Position numbers and translations under genes: made by a program
In this document: in pieces, positions 48,159 to 61,198 of the stretch
How the letters are laid out: each line of letters starts with the position of its first letter
Numbering within the stretch: position 1 is the stretch's first letter
NCBI GenBank assembly: GCA_965541585.1
Contig: CBEUCH010000004.1
Span: forward strand, 180,770-244,769
Length of the DNA: 64,000 nucleotides
Reading direction: 5' to 3'
DNA from: an uncultured bacterium
GTDB taxonomy: Bacteria; Zixibacteria; MSB-5A5; UBA10806
Notes under the pieces: model-generated
Databases searched by the model: none
Told to the model about the DNA's origin: nothing
What the model saw: the letters and a program-made list of their open reading frames with translations, nothing else

Positions 48159-49274
48159 ATGAAATTCAAAACCGATAGGGCAAATCTTCACCAGGCGGCT
48201 TCGAAACTTCTCAGTATTGTTCCGCCGAAAACCACCCTGCCTATACTTTCGAATATTCTGTTTGACCTGGATAAGGATAAACTGTCCCTCAAAGTAACCG
48301 ATCTGGATGTTTCCATGACAGCAACCATTGCTGTTGAATCTCAGAAATCGGGGTCTATCGCCGTGCCGGCAAAGGTTTTCTCCGAAATAGTCCGGGAACT
48401 ACCGGATTTTGAGCTCGAGGTCTCCAGTTTTGAAAATAGGATGGAAATAAAATGCGGCTCCGGCGTTTATAAAATGTCGGGCTTTCCGCCGGATGATTTC
48501 CCTAAACTCCCGGATATCCACATAGCACGGCAGATAAAGATGAATGGAGCTGTGCTGGCGAGCATGATAAAAAAAGTCCTCTTCGCGGTATCTCGCGATG
48601 AGACAAGGCCTGCTCTTAACGGCGTTTTCTGGCACGAATCGGAGGACGGCTTAAATCTCGTGGCCACCGATGGTCATCGATTATCCAAGGTCGTCCGCTC
48701 CGATCTTAAAATCGGGGGCTACTCGAAGGATATCATTGTGCCGCCGAAAGTACTCGATAATTTAGTGAAGCTGATGGGCGACGAACCCGGCGAAACGGGA
48801 GTCATTATCGACGAGAGCTCCATTGTCTTCGTTCTGGAAAATGAAATTCTCACATCAAGGCTTCTTGAGGGACCATATCCGAATTACGATCAGGTGATAC
48901 CGCGAGATAACAACAAGATTCTGACGGTGGATAGGGAGATTCTAAGTGCGGCGGTCAGGCGGGTGGCGATTTTATCGAACTCCCTCACCCACCAGGTTAA
49001 GTTCTCCCTGAAGACCGATGAGCTGGAGCTTCTGGCAACGAATTTCGATTTCGGCGGCGAGGCCAGGGAAAAAATGTCTGTCGGCTATAAATTCGAGGAT
49101 ATGGAGATTGGCTATAATGCCAATTATGTCATGGAGATTCTTAAGCACGTGGGCGGCGAGGAGGCCCTGTTCGAATTAAATACGCCGACCACGGCGGCTA
49201 TCGTTAAGTCGGCCAAAAAAGAGGAGAACGAAGAGTACTTCTTCCTGGTAATGCCCCTGAGGTTGCTTGATTGA
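48159..49274 (+). CDS. dnaN: DNA polymerase III beta clamp
   Basis: LPILSNI, TDLD, RPALNGV, VATDGHRL and YPNYDQVIP motifs; C-terminal LVMPLRL. Confidence 0.98.
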   Translation: MKFKTDRANLHQAASKLLSIVPPKTTLPILSNILFDLDKDKLSLKVTDLDVSMTATIAVESQKSGSIAVPAKVFSEIVRELPDFELEVSSFENRMEIKCGSGVYKMSGFPPDDFPKLPDIHIARQIKMNGAVLASMIKKVLFAVSRDETRPALNGVFWHESEDGLNLVATDGHRLSKVVRSDLKIGGYSKDIIVPPKVLDNLVKLMGDEPGETGVIIDESSIVFVLENEILTSRLLEGPYPNYDQVIPRDNNKILTVDREILSAAVRRVAILSNSLTHQVKFSLKTDELELLATNFDFGGEAREKMSVGYKFEDMEIGYNANYVMEILKHVGGEEALFELNTPTTAAIVKSAKKEENEEYFFLVMPLRLLD

Positions 49275-49516
49275 TATCCCCGGTCCGGTCGACAAGTAAA
49301 GCATCAGGATTTTCTAAAGAGATTACAGCAATATAAAATCTTCCATCTCAGTTCACGCTTGCTGGCAATTGCCGACGTGAACCGCTTTTGGACTTGCTTT
49401 CGGGTACGGGTCGGGTATTTTGAGCGCGTGTGGCCATGGGGCGGGCAGTTTGAGGTAAGGATATTGGCCTCCTTGATATTTTCACGGGTGAGGTGAGCGG
49501 AAGGTAGGTTTATCGG

Positions 49517-50284
49517 ATGTTCCTGGCTATCGATATCGGCAACACCACCACTATGATCGGCTTTTTCGAAGGTAACGAGCTTGAGGGATCATTCAGGGTA
49601 GCGTCCTCCCATGCGGTTACGGTCGATGAAAGCGGTATACGGATCCACCAGCTGTTGCAGTTCCATGCCGGTAAGGGTAAGTCTGTGACGAAAGTCGGCC
49701 TCTGTTCTGTGGTGCCGACTCTGACTCAGATATATCTATCCATGAGCAAGAAATACTTCAGTATGGAGCCGATGGTTCTTACTCACAGGACCGATCTCGG
49801 TTTTAAGATTCTCTACGATGATCCCCGTCAGGTGGGCACAGATCGGCTGGCCAACGCCGCCGCCGTGAGAGCTATTTACGGTTATCCGGCCATAATAGTG
49901 GACCTGGGGACCGCCACCACCTACGATATCATCGATTCTGATGGCAACTACGCCGGCGGGTTGATTGCACCGGGCGTATGGACATCGGCCGCCAACCTGT
50001 TCAAAAGGGCCTCGCGGCTGTTTCCGGTAAAGCTTGAAAAGCCGAATAAATTCATTGGCACTGATACGGCCGATTCGATAAAATCCGGCATATACCATGG
50101 TTTCATCGGGCAGATGGAGTATATTGTGAACCGGATTAAAAAGGAACTGGGTTTTACCGAGTGCCGCGTTATAGCTACGGGAGGCTATTCCGATATATTT
50201 TTGGAGGGGACCCAATCCATAGAGACGGTCGATACGGCGCTAACCCTGAAGGGGCTGCAGATAGTTTTCGATAATTGTCCTTAA
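49517..50284 (+). CDS. coaX: Type III pantothenate kinase
   Basis: LAIDIGNT, SVVP, VGTDR, VDLGTATTYD and IATGG motifs. Confidence 0.95.
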   Translation: MFLAIDIGNTTTMIGFFEGNELEGSFRVASSHAVTVDESGIRIHQLLQFHAGKGKSVTKVGLCSVVPTLTQIYLSMSKKYFSMEPMVLTHRTDLGFKILYDDPRQVGTDRLANAAAVRAIYGYPAIIVDLGTATTYDIIDSDGNYAGGLIAPGVWTSAANLFKRASRLFPVKLEKPNKFIGTDTADSIKSGIYHGFIGQMEYIVNRIKKELGFTECRVIATGGYSDIFLEGTQSIETVDTALTLKGLQIVFDNCP

Positions 50285-50375
50285 AGATTTGAGAATTCTC
50301 TTGCCGCAAAGCGGCTGCGGCCTTAGTTTGGGAGAGGAGGGACCTCCGTCAACGGCGTCAGGAGGGTTTTGACAA

Positions 50376-50891
50376 ATGAAAGTTGGCCAATACAAAATAG
50401 ATAGAAGCTCCTGGGACGAGATAAATATCGACGGCTGGTTTAGAGCTCTCATCCCCCCTAATTGGGAGGTGGAGGATGACGAGGAGGTCATCGTATTCGA
50501 TCCCGCCGGTTTCGGCGAGATGAGCATCAACCTGTTTACTAACGTTGGCCCGAATAGCAAAAAGCAGAAAGCATCGAGCATGATAGCCGACTGGGCCGAG
50601 GAACTCAGCTTGCTGGACGGTTACGAGGTCTCCATATTCAAACGTACTCGCAGCCTGTTGATAACGTCGACCGAGTTCGTTTCCAGTGAGCCGGAGGGAG
50701 ATATTGTTTACTGGAGAATATTTCCCGTTATCGGTCGGAAAATAAGTCTGGATATAAATTACAGTTGTCCGCTGGAAGACCGCGATCGCGAGGAAGCGGT
50801 CATCGAGGGGATAGTCGACTCAATTGAGTTAATTGAACCAACGCGCAATACACGGGTCCCTCGACGACACAGGAAAGCCGCAGGAGAATAG
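50376..50891 (+). CDS. Hypothetical protein (PsbP/Mog1-like pattern possible)
   Basis: GGAGG RBS; WF...PPNWE pattern; 171 aa. Confidence 0.6.
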   Translation: MKVGQYKIDRSSWDEINIDGWFRALIPPNWEVEDDEEVIVFDPAGFGEMSINLFTNVGPNSKKQKASSMIADWAEELSLLDGYEVSIFKRTRSLLITSTEFVSSEPEGDIVYWRIFPVIGRKISLDINYSCPLEDRDREEAVIEGIVDSIELIEPTRNTRVPRRHRKAAGE

Positions 50892-50895
50892 CGGC

Positions 50896-51263
50896 TCAAC
50901 CTTCAATTTTTTCAATAAAATCTTCCCTGGCAGGATAGAATATATCGAGCATGACAAAGGGCTCGTCGCCGACACAGGCTGCCTCATGCTCGATATTGGA
51001 CGGCATGATACAAAAATTGCCTTTCTCGACAATCCGGATTTCGTTTCCGATACGCATCTTAGCTTTGCCGGCATATACCATCCCCATCTGTTGGTGGGGT
51101 GAGAATGCGCCGGGACATTTGAGCCTGGGGAGAGCTCGGTTAAAACCATCATCATCCCTTCTCCGTTGTGACCGGTCAGGATGGTCGTCTCCACGCCCGG
51201 GGCGTGCGCTATACGGGGTGCGCTGCCGGTGTCGATAAAATATGAAAAGTCTCTTTTGGTCAT
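50896..51263 (-). pseudogene. Cupin-domain protein split by a single-base frameshift
   Basis: 5' frame ...VPAHSHP joins 3' frame HQQMGMVYAG...MPSNIEHEA...LDIFYPAREDF if one C is added to the C4 run (51096-51099); span is 368 nt = 3n-1. Confidence 0.85.
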
Positions 51264-51421
51264 AATCAATCTCCTCGATATTCATTTCATTGAAATGTAT
51301 ATGGGCTTGTCGAATAATATGTCAAGATCACCATTCTATCCTAGCCTAATGTCAGAAGATCCGTCGCAGAGACTAAATCGCCGCGACGGATCTATTGCTG
51401 TCAAATAATAATGAACAGGGC

Positions 51422-51829
51422 TTATGCTACGGTCTTGACGTCATTTCCTCTGAAAAGGAAGAACAGGGAGATACACAACAGGGTAAATTGAAATTCCATG
51501 CCCATACCCATATTGCCGGTGCCCATATTGATCGAATTCCATCCATTCTTCATATGAACCATTAATATGGCGCCGATCATAACGGGAGTGAAAAATAGTC
51601 CGCCCAGCCTGGTGGCCCAATCCGGACCGAAACCGCCAAATAGAATCAGCAATGACCCGGCAACCTCCACCAGGGCAAGCATATAAATCATGATTACCGG
51701 CATCCCCATCATCTGCGCCATGCCGGCCGCGACGGGGAATTTTCCCAATCCGTGGTAAAGAAAAACACTGGCCAGGGCAATTCTCGGTAACCAGTGAATG
51801 TGGGGCGAAACGCCTTTCAGGAAATTCAT
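51422..51829 (-). CDS. DoxX family membrane protein
   Basis: RIALASVFLYHGLGK, VEVAG, MIGAILMVH and GMEF motifs. Confidence 0.88.
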   Translation of the reverse strand: MNFLKGVSPHIHWLPRIALASVFLYHGLGKFPVAAGMAQMMGMPVIMIYMLALVEVAGSLLILFGGFGPDWATRLGGLFFTPVMIGAILMVHMKNGWNSINMGTGNMGMGMEFQFTLLCISLFFLFRGNDVKTVA

Positions 51830-52214
51830 CGAGATCCTCCTTCTAACTGGTGCTTGGTTTTGACGTTATCCATAAACTATGATCGTGGATATCTTGTTCC
51901 GGATAAATGGGCCGTTTGGAATATGCGTTCGATGCAGATAGAAAGGACTGTTAGCACTGATTACGTAGTGATTGGCATATATCATTATGCGCAACACTCC
52001 TGTCAGCAGACGAGGACATCCGCCGACAGCGCCAAGCAGAATCATAGCTGCTCCGAAAGCGTAGGTTGTGGGGGTCATGGTATGGAAGTGATTTTCTCTA
52101 TTTTCTGAACGCAATCTTAAAATTCCTTTAGCGGGACTATATCCTGTCCCCTTTGTCCAGTTTAATCCATCATCGTAGACAACCGCTTATCGGAAAACGC
52201 TGTCAGGCCAATCT

Positions 52215-52922
52215 TTAAAAAAGGCTGAACAGATATTTTAATCCAATCAAAACCGACATATAATTGTTATTTGGAAAATCACCATACCTGTCTCGTTCCT
52301 GAGGCGGGGTTCCCGGTTCTGCGGGAGTACTAAAATACATAAACATCACCCGGTAATTCGATTCTAAGAAGACAGTAAATTTAGTGGAAGTCTTCAGTGT
52401 TAATCCCAATCCAAACGAAAATGTATTCAACCTATCCTTCTGGACAGGCCGCGCCAGAACCTTAATTCCGTCAGTCTGCTGCCCATAGATAAAGCCGGTC
52501 TGCGGCCATGCTTCTCCGAGCTGAGCCGTTAAATACGGGACCGCTACCTCGGAAAGCCCCACAAAATGAACCCTTATGAACATTTTTATCGAATATATGC
52601 TGATATTATCGGCATTCAAAACAGGAAGGGCATCCTCGCGAATAGCTTTGGCGCGTAATTTGGTGTCGTTTAAGGGGAATCGATCATACCGAAAGGATGT
52701 CCCGAATTCTACAGCCTGGTGTGGACGGTAGGCCAGGCCAAACTCGATATTGTTGCCGATACCCCAATAGTTGGTAAAATCAGCAGGGCCAGAGGGAACG
52801 GAAGCTCCAAGGGAGATATGAATGGAGAAATTATCAGGCAATGCATATAACTCATCATCCTGCGAAGACGCAGCTAACGGCGAAAGCAGCACGATAATTA
52901 TGATATGGCGCAGATATTGCAT
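52215..52922 (-). CDS. Outer-membrane beta-barrel protein
   Basis: Signal peptide from ATG 52922; alternating beta-strand pattern; terminal GLKYLFSLF. Confidence 0.7.
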   Translation of the reverse strand: MQYLRHIIIIVLLSPLAASSQDDELYALPDNFSIHISLGASVPSGPADFTNYWGIGNNIEFGLAYRPHQAVEFGTSFRYDRFPLNDTKLRAKAIREDALPVLNADNISIYSIKMFIRVHFVGLSEVAVPYLTAQLGEAWPQTGFIYGQQTDGIKVLARPVQKDRLNTFSFGLGLTLKTSTKFTVFLESNYRVMFMYFSTPAEPGTPPQERDRYGDFPNNNYMSVLIGLKYLFSLF

Positions 52923-53104
52923 CGGCAGTCCTCTTCGAAAATAACGAGCCCGGCTATTTTCGATAATATATACATCTAAATGCCAGTATTCAATTGTTTT
53001 ATAATGCCGGGGAAAACCGAAATGACATTTCTGGTGGTTGGCCTGCGTCCTCATGCACCAGCGCCCTGATCGGCAGACCGGGGCGTCCGCTGACCACTCC
53101 CTTG

Positions 53105-54652
<1,548 letters not shown>

Positions 54653-54664
54653 TACTCCAGGCCC

Positions 54665-54949
54665 CTATTTTTTCTTCTTGAACATCTTCAGCATGCGGTC
54701 GGTCACTAAAAAGCCGCCGACTACGTTGATGGTGGCAAAGACGACGGCCACGAAGCCCAGGATCTTGGATAGTTGCGGGTTCTGTATCTGCCCCGCCAGG
54801 ACCATAGCGCCGATGATCGTTATCCCGGAAATAGCGTTGGATCCCGACATCAAGGGCGTGTGCAATGTCGGTGGCACCTTGGCGATGACCTCGAAGCCGA
54901 CGAAGATCGCAAGGATGAAAATTGTGATTGCTGTCACAAAAATATCCAT
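54665..54949 (-). CDS. pntA: NAD(P) transhydrogenase alpha subunit, part 2 (membrane)
   Basis: VPPTLHTPLMSGSNAISG and NVVGGFLVTDRML motifs. Confidence 0.95.
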   Translation of the reverse strand: MDIFVTAITIFILAIFVGFEVIAKVPPTLHTPLMSGSNAISGITIIGAMVLAGQIQNPQLSKILGFVAVVFATINVVGGFLVTDRMLKMFKKKK

Positions 54950-54989
54950 CGAATCTATCTCCTCTTATCGAATCATAACCATATTATCG

Positions 54990-56126
54990 TCATTTATTCT
55001 TCGGCAGCAGAACTTTGCCGTTGCGTGTCACCATGGTCGCCTGAATGATTTCATCATCGGAATCAACCTGCAGAGCGCCGTCCTTGACCAGAAGCGCCAG
55101 GAAACTCGTTATATTCTTCGAATACATCTGGCTGGCATGATAGGGAACCGAGGATGGCAGGTTCATGGGGCCTGCGATACTGACCCCGCCTTCATCGACC
55201 GTTTGGCCGGCTCTGGTCAGCTCGCAGTTGCCGCCACGCTCGGCGGCGAGATCGATGATCACCGAGCCGGGTTTCATACCCTTAACCATTTCGGCGGTTA
55301 TCAGCACCGGCGCCTTCTTGCCGGGCACGGCGGCGGTCGTGATGACAACGTCGCTGTCAGCCACCACTTTCGTCATCATCTCTCGCTGTTTGCGTAAGAA
55401 TTCCTCCCCCATCTCCCTGGCGTAGCCGCCGGTTGCCTCCGCATCTTCGGTTTCCAACTCCATTTCCACGAATTTTCCACCCACGCTCTCGACCTGTTCT
55501 TTAACTGCGGGTCTGACATCATAAGCGCGCACAACCGCCCCCAGCCTCTTCGCCGAGGCTATTGCCTGCAGGCCGGCCACCCCGGCGCCCACCACGAATA
55601 CATGAGCCGGTGCAATCGTTCCGGCCGCCGTCATCATCATGGGAAACATCCTGGGGAGCGCCTCGGCAGCCAAAAGCACTGCCTTATAGCCGGCGATAGT
55701 TGCCATCGATGAAAGCGTGTCCATGCTCTGAGCCCTGGTGATGCGCGGCATCAGCTCCATGGCAAAGGCAACGACCCCTTTGCCAGCTAAAAGCTTCAGG
55801 CTTTCCGGAGCGCTCAACGGTTCCATCATGCCAATAACCACCTGATCTCTTTTCAACAGCTCCAGATCGGCCTTGCCCTCTGCCGGGTTGGCTCCCAGGC
55901 CACGGACATAGAGCATGACATCTGCCGCCGCGAAAACGTCGGATCGACTCGAGACTATCCTAGCGCCCTTTTCCTCGTAGGCGGAGTCAGGGTATCCGGC
56001 TGCCGTACCCGCTCCGGCCTCGATTGCGACATTAAATCCTGCCTTCTTGAGCGCGGCGATATTGGCCGGGACCAGCGATACCCTGTTTTCGCCGGGAAAT
56101 GTCTCTTTGACGACACCAGCAATCAT
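54990..56126 (-). CDS. pntA: NAD(P) transhydrogenase alpha subunit, part 1 (domain I)
   Basis: KETFPGENRV, PRITRAQSMD, GAGVAGLQAI and DLAAERGGNC motifs; start ATG 56126. Confidence 0.96.
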   Translation of the reverse strand: MIAGVVKETFPGENRVSLVPANIAALKKAGFNVAIEAGAGTAAGYPDSAYEEKGARIVSSRSDVFAAADVMLYVRGLGANPAEGKADLELLKRDQVVIGMMEPLSAPESLKLLAGKGVVAFAMELMPRITRAQSMDTLSSMATIAGYKAVLLAAEALPRMFPMMMTAAGTIAPAHVFVVGAGVAGLQAIASAKRLGAVVRAYDVRPAVKEQVESVGGKFVEMELETEDAEATGGYAREMGEEFLRKQREMMTKVVADSDVVITTAAVPGKKAPVLITAEMVKGMKPGSVIIDLAAERGGNCELTRAGQTVDEGGVSIAGPMNLPSSVPYHASQMYSKNITSFLALLVKDGALQVDSDDEIIQATMVTRNGKVLLPKNK

Positions 56127-56627
56127 GATCGAATTCCTTTTTTTATCGTCTTGCCAGATCTCCTGGCAGTAAGGCTCGGCATTGCCTGTCCATCCTGAGA
56201 TCTTTTGAAAAACGTGACCCCGGTTAAAGGAGTTCCTGCTCCGGGAAAACTGACTACTCCAAAACGAGAGTGCAAATTGTATGAATGACAACAAATGTCA
56301 AGATCTTTTCTCACGATTGTTTTGTGAGCACAGAGAACATTTTTTATTCTCACGACTTTGCAGATGGCGGAATTTAGTTGCGTGCCTTTTTCACAAACCT
56401 TATATTAATCTATATCGTGGATCAATGGGAATCCGCGACAGTAGCGAAGTAGCTCCCATAGTAAGCCTGTGCCCCCGGGTTGTTGACACAGCAGGCTGGC
56501 GAATTTTGTCAGCGGTGCTGTAAGAATATATTGTTTGAAATCCTAAACCAGGGCCTAAGAGGTGGTGAATCGGCTGTTATTCATTTAGGGCCTTTGAATT
56601 CTAAATCTCACATAAAGGAGGCATTTT

Positions 56628-56948
56628 ATGCCGTTTACAGGAGACGAAGATCACAGTATGAGCCGTGAGGAGGCTGCCAAGCTGACGAAGAGTTACCGCG
56701 ATTCAGCCCCAGCGGGAGCGATGCTGGGCGGTTTTTTCGGCAAGACGGCCCTCTCCGACATCCTGAATCAAGCAGGATGTGTGGGTATGCGAATCTATAA
56801 CGCTCTGCTCGGCGATGGTAAAGCCACGTATGTTCTGGTCGGCGTTGATTCCGAAGGTGAGGATATGGAAGATGGCGAGATAGCTGAAATCATGTTTCCC
56901 TGTCCGCCAATCTGTCCAGGGGGTAGCACATTAAATGGAACTGCATAA
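56628..56948 (+). CDS. Small acidic hypothetical protein with C-terminal PCPPxC motif
   Basis: AAGGAGG RBS; ...ILNQAGCVGMRIY...LVGVD...FPCPPICP; no signal peptide. Confidence 0.85.
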   Translation: MPFTGDEDHSMSREEAAKLTKSYRDSAPAGAMLGGFFGKTALSDILNQAGCVGMRIYNALLGDGKATYVLVGVDSEGEDMEDGEIAEIMFPCPPICPGGSTLNGTA

Positions 56949-57163
56949 GTAGCGATCTTTTAAAGAATTACCGTAGGTCCTGGCAGTGGTCTAAAGCGGA
57001 GATGTATAAAATTACTCCTTGTTTTTTGGGGAGTTTGATTTATATTCTTACTGTCTAGAGAATGCCCGAGTATTTAGTTAATTTCTGGTGGTTGCGGAGT
57101 ATTTCAATCTGTAGTCCATGCATGGTAGCATTTGACAGGAGGCCTCAGGCGATCTAAATAACT

Positions 57164-57778
57164 ATGGGAAATTATTTGTCGCTTTACATAGTCTATATGG
57201 CATCGGTCATGGCACCCGCATCGATCGGTATCTACGGTTATCGCCAACTGAAATCTGAGATGAAATTACTCCTGGCTTTAATGGTAATCACCATAGCCGT
57301 GGATAGTTTTACCCTTTATCTGGCCATTGATGGTCGTAACACCAATTGGGTCCATCACATATATCTGCCGGTCGAATATGGTTTGATCGGCCTTATCTTC
57401 TCCCGATGGCAGAAGACGACTTTCAATAAGAATGTTATACTTTTCAGCATACCTCTGTTTGTTATCGCGTGTGTCATGAGCGTGATTGTTTTTCGCAACC
57501 TGGATCAGTTGAATGTGTTCACGACCTCGCTGTCATGTATCCTCTATGCGGTCATATCGTCCTACACCCTCTATCATTTGCAGAAAGATGATTCCGGTTC
57601 ACTATACAAGGATTATCGTTTCTGGGTGAGTTCGGCTCTTCTGTTGTATTCGGCAGGGGCTCTATCATTTTTTGTATTTACGAAGGTTTGGCCGGATGTC
57701 TGGTATGCTCATCTGGGGGTTAATGTTATCGTTTATATCACCTTTGCCATAGGTTTCTTATGTCATATACGTCGTTAG
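57164..57778 (+). CDS. Hypothetical seven-transmembrane protein
   Basis: Seven hydrophobic helices in 204 aa, short loops, no soluble domain. Confidence 0.8.
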   Translation: MGNYLSLYIVYMASVMAPASIGIYGYRQLKSEMKLLLALMVITIAVDSFTLYLAIDGRNTNWVHHIYLPVEYGLIGLIFSRWQKTTFNKNVILFSIPLFVIACVMSVIVFRNLDQLNVFTTSLSCILYAVISSYTLYHLQKDDSGSLYKDYRFWVSSALLLYSAGALSFFVFTKVWPDVWYAHLGVNVIVYITFAIGFLCHIRR

Positions 57779-58647
57779 AACTCATCTGGGGCATAATAGC
57801 GATATTTACGGTTTTGCTGATTCTTGCAATCAGCGTCTCGGCCAGCATCGTGGTCCACAGCAGGAAAATAAAGGAATCCGAACGTAAGTTTCGCCTTTTG
57901 TTTAACAGGGTATTCGATACGCTGTTGTTAATGGATGAAAGCGGACGGATAGTCGACGCCAATGAGTCGGCCTGCAGGTTGCTGGGCTATTCGAAGGATG
58001 ATTTGCTGAAGCTGAATCTGCGAGAGTTAGTTGCCGACGAAAAATATACGGCGTTCCAAGCTGATTTGGAAAAAAGTATGGATGAGGGATTGGATTATTT
58101 CGGCGAGGCCAGTTTAGTCGGCAGAGGGAAAGATGTTATCCATGTTGAAGTCGGCGGGACGAGCATAAATATTGGCGGGAATGCCTATATTCTGGGGAGC
58201 TTTAGAGACATTACGGCACGCCGGGAGGCACAGGAGGCCTTAAGAAAGAAGAATATAACGTTAAAAGAGGTTCTGGCCCATCTCGAAGAAGAGAAGATGA
58301 AGATTAAAAAGCAGGTTGCCAGCACCGTAGATCAGGAGTTGTTACCGGCCCTGAACAGGCTCAGGGCTCAAGACGGCACCTTAAATATGACCTTCTACAA
58401 TCTGCTGAGGAATAACCTGCAGGAGTTGGGCGAATCCTCCGGCGCTATACTGCACGCCTATTCGAAGCTCTCTCCGAGGGAGGTGGAGATTTGCAATCTC
58501 ACCAAGAATGGCGCTACCTCCAAAGAGATTGCCGATACCCTCAATATAACCCTGGCCACCGTGGGCAAGCATCGAGAGAATATCAGGCGGAAGTTAATAT
58601 TGTCCAACAAGCATATCAATCTGGCCTCGTTTTTGAAGGAACTGTAA
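57760..58647 (+). CDS. Membrane-anchored PAS + LuxR-HTH transcriptional regulator
   Basis: N-terminal TM; SERKFR...DANESACRLLGYS...RDIT (PAS/PAC); coiled coil; LSPREVEIC...TSKEIADTLNITLATVGKHRENIRRKL. Confidence 0.9.
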   Translation: MSYTSLELIWGIIAIFTVLLILAISVSASIVVHSRKIKESERKFRLLFNRVFDTLLLMDESGRIVDANESACRLLGYSKDDLLKLNLRELVADEKYTAFQADLEKSMDEGLDYFGEASLVGRGKDVIHVEVGGTSINIGGNAYILGSFRDITARREAQEALRKKNITLKEVLAHLEEEKMKIKKQVASTVDQELLPALNRLRAQDGTLNMTFYNLLRNNLQELGESSGAILHAYSKLSPREVEICNLTKNGATSKEIADTLNITLATVGKHRENIRRKLILSNKHINLASFLKEL

Positions 58648-58816
58648 GGCGGCAATATCAATTTGCCGACGATCGGCCATACCGGCTGCATCTGGATTGC
58701 CCGCGGCCGGCGATGAATTAATTTCTCCTTCAATCCTAAAAATTAGTAGATATTGATAACAGACGAAGCAGTTTCATGCTATCGATAAATATTCTCCTCT
58801 CCATTGAAAAAACCTC

Positions 58817-58845
58817 TTGACAGCGCATGCCCATTTTTTTACATT
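58817..58845 (+). promoter_or_regulatory. Sigma70 promoter of groESL
   Basis: TTGACA-17bp-TACATT. Confidence 0.8.
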
Positions 58846-58858
58846 CGGCGAAACAATT

Positions 58859-58885
58859 TTAGCACTCGATCAAATAGAGTGCTAA
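58859..58885. promoter_or_regulatory. CIRCE element (HrcA operator)
   Basis: Perfect TTAGCACTC-N9-GAGTGCTAA upstream of groES. Confidence 0.97.
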
Positions 58886-58976
58886 CGAACAAAGTTAATT
58901 TGTTGAATTACAATCGATTGTAAGGAGAGGGCAGATTTATTCCCGCTTCTAATGAGGATGTTAAGGAGGAAAGGAC

Positions 58977-59261
58977 ATGAAGATTAAACCGCTGTCTGAC
59001 AGGGTAGTAATTGAGCCTTTGGAGGAGATGGAGGTTAAAAAGGGTTCCATCATCATACCAGACACCGCCAAGGAGCGTCCCATGCATGGCAAGGTGATCG
59101 AGGCCGGGCCCGGCAAGACCGAGGATGGCAAGAAGATTCCGATGGAGGTCAAAAAAGGTGATAAGGTTCTCTATGGCAAGTACTCCGGCACCGAGGTCAC
59201 AATCGATGATACGGAGTACCTGATTATGCGGGAATCGGATGTTCTTGCGATCATCTCGTAA
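58977..59261 (+). CDS. groES: Co-chaperonin GroES
   Basis: [19 protein letters not shown] and GKYSGTEV motifs. Confidence 0.98.
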   Translation: MKIKPLSDRVVIEPLEEMEVKKGSIIIPDTAKERPMHGKVIEAGPGKTEDGKKIPMEVKKGDKVLYGKYSGTEVTIDDTEYLIMRESDVLAIIS

Positions 59262-59303
59262 GGCGACTTCAGATAGATCCCCCGCTTTCAGCGGGGCGGG
59301 TAG

Positions 59304-60965
<1,662 letters not shown>

Positions 60966-61011
60966 TCCGCAATAAAAAGCTCTGCTTGGCAGGTAGCTTT
61001 ATTGTAAAGAG

Positions 61012-61040
61012 AAGGCCGGTTTTGCGACCGGCCTTTTTTG
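61012..61040 (+). terminator. Intrinsic terminator after groEL
   Basis: AAGGCCGGT-TTTGCG-ACCGGCCTT-TTTT. Confidence 0.85.
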
Positions 61041-61198
61041 TTAGATAACACATTGTTAATCAGTAAGTTATATGGAAATCAACCAAAGCACGGCCGTTCA
61101 TCATTTATTTTATTTTCGCATAATATGTAGAACTATAGAATTATTTGCTTGATTTTTCGTAATAATATGCGATAATAGCATTGAGGAACCGAATCCAA

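Noticed and set aside
51866..52114. Short ORFs in the DoxX/beta-barrel intergenic region
   Set aside because: No convincing RBS or family motif, and overlapping ORFs on both strands are equally weak.
56280..56400. Possible Rex operator upstream of pntA
   Set aside because: Only half-sites (TTGTGA, TTCACAA) are present, without the TTGTGAA-N4-TTCACAA spacing.
57164..57778. 7TM protein as a microbial rhodopsin
   Set aside because: There is no Lys in helix 7 and no RYxDW motif in helix 3.
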